DNA of 64,000 nucleotides from Malacoraja senta (lineage: Eukaryota), in NCBI GenBank assembly GCA_038087875.1, contig JAXLNO010002632.1, forward strand, positions 124,001 through 188,000, in the 5' to 3' direction. The position numbers and the translations under genes were made by a program. Shown here one piece after another: positions 62,754 to 64,000 of the stretch. The notes below the pieces were generated by a model. That model saw nothing but the letters and a program-made list of their open reading frames with translations, ran no database searches and had not been told where the DNA came from. How positions within the stretch are numbered: the stretch's first letter is position 1; the number at the start of each line of letters is the position of its first letter.

Positions 62754-64000
62754 CTGCATTGTACATAAACATGATTACAAAGTTAATATCACAAACATTC
62801 TGACCGTTCCTACCTCCCACCAAAAGAGTATTGTGACTTAGAACCAAAGAATACAATGATCCAAAATGTCCTGGACCCAACCTACCATTTGGTATCACTG
62901 CCTATGGTCCCCACCTACACTTTTCCTCAAGGCAAAGACCTACCTAAACAAGTTGACACCAACGCCCGACAAGTATCTTGCGAGGTGGAACAGGCTCTAA
63001 GTAGGCTTTGTGTGTCATAACTGCACTCCCCCAGAAAGCCCCTGACAGCTCACTGGTCATCGAAAATGGTTTAACAAAGATATTTATAAAACCTATTCAA
63101 ACAACTTGAATAACTGAGAAAATAAAGTTAATGAGTACAAATTATTAGGATAGGTCAAATACAAACAAAAAATGTGAATTCAATAAAATAATGTACATAA
63201 ATCATTTACTTCCATCCACAGCATTGTGAGCTTAGTCAAATGAATGAGGTCTCTGTTCATGATCGTTGTTGTGTGGCTGTGGACTGGATGTAAAGTGCAT
63301 CTGGTTCCGCTTGTCAGCAAGTCACTGCTAGGGAATGGTGCAATTCATCAGGAAACGTGTTGGATTGTGAATGTCCAAGATGTGGTGAGTCATGAATAGC
63401 TGATATCCAGCAACCCCCTTTTGAATGCTATAATTGAGCCTGGTTCAGTTCATTTTCTAAAGTGGAACTTTATCTGATTATTACAAAGTTGCATTACATT
63501 TTGGAGTTACACAAAAAAACCCATTTATGAGATGTGGCTATAATGAGTAAAACCTGCATTTCATAGAATCATGGAAACAGAAACAGGCCCCTTCTTGTCC
63601 ATACAAATATGACAACAATCGATGTTGATCCCATTTGCCTGCATTATGGCTTTTCTATCCAAGTACTGGCTTAAATGCCTCCATTACTTCCTCTGCTAGC
63701 TTGCGCTGCATATTCAGCCTCTATGAAAAACCCTTTCCCTCCGATCTCATTTATTACCCATCCTTGTGTCACGCTGGTTTATAGTTCTTCAAGGGCTTTG
63801 CTTAACAGATAATCACAACTTTCATGCCTGGGCAAGATATTTGATCAATGCTTTCTGTTCAGCTACTGTAAGTCCTGATATCCGTCTGAGCATGGAATTC
63901 AAAGATTAGCATTCTGCACTGGAATTGCTCTCACTATAAGTGAGAAAGTAGCCATTTGTGAACGACCTAGCCCTTATACTGACATGATAATTCAGCACAC

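Noticed and set aside
62754-62898. N-terminal part of the 82-aa minus ORF as coding sequence
   Set aside because: Family similarity starts at the acceptor at 62753; the upstream part looks like intron read-through.

Overview
Eukaryotic, AT-rich, repeat-dense vertebrate DNA. The repeat set (HE1-like V-SINEs, CR1/HER1-like LINEs, Rex1/Babar, Penelope, Harbinger) points to a cartilaginous fish, probably a skate or ray (inference). The main feature is a + strand P2C ATPase alpha-subunit gene with the non-gastric H+/K+-ATPase (ATP12A) signature. I mapped 21 coding exons (equivalent to exons 3-23, 20563-57703, 2952 nt, 983 aa plus stop), all GT-AG and in frame. Exons 1-2 could not be placed with confidence. 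Immediately downstream and convergent is a small - strand gene of the CXorf65/C22orf15 family (5 coding exons, 58410-62753; first exon not found), mostly invisible in the ORF track. The most interesting observations are: several substitutions in normally near-invariant P2C catalytic motifs of an otherwise intact pump; many short Penelope-terminal-repeat elements whose consensus carries a minimal hammerhead-ribozyme core, some with their own target-site duplications; and a covarying 13-bp RNA hairpin shared by two diverged non-autonomous retroelements. Family assignments come from recalled motifs, not database searches.
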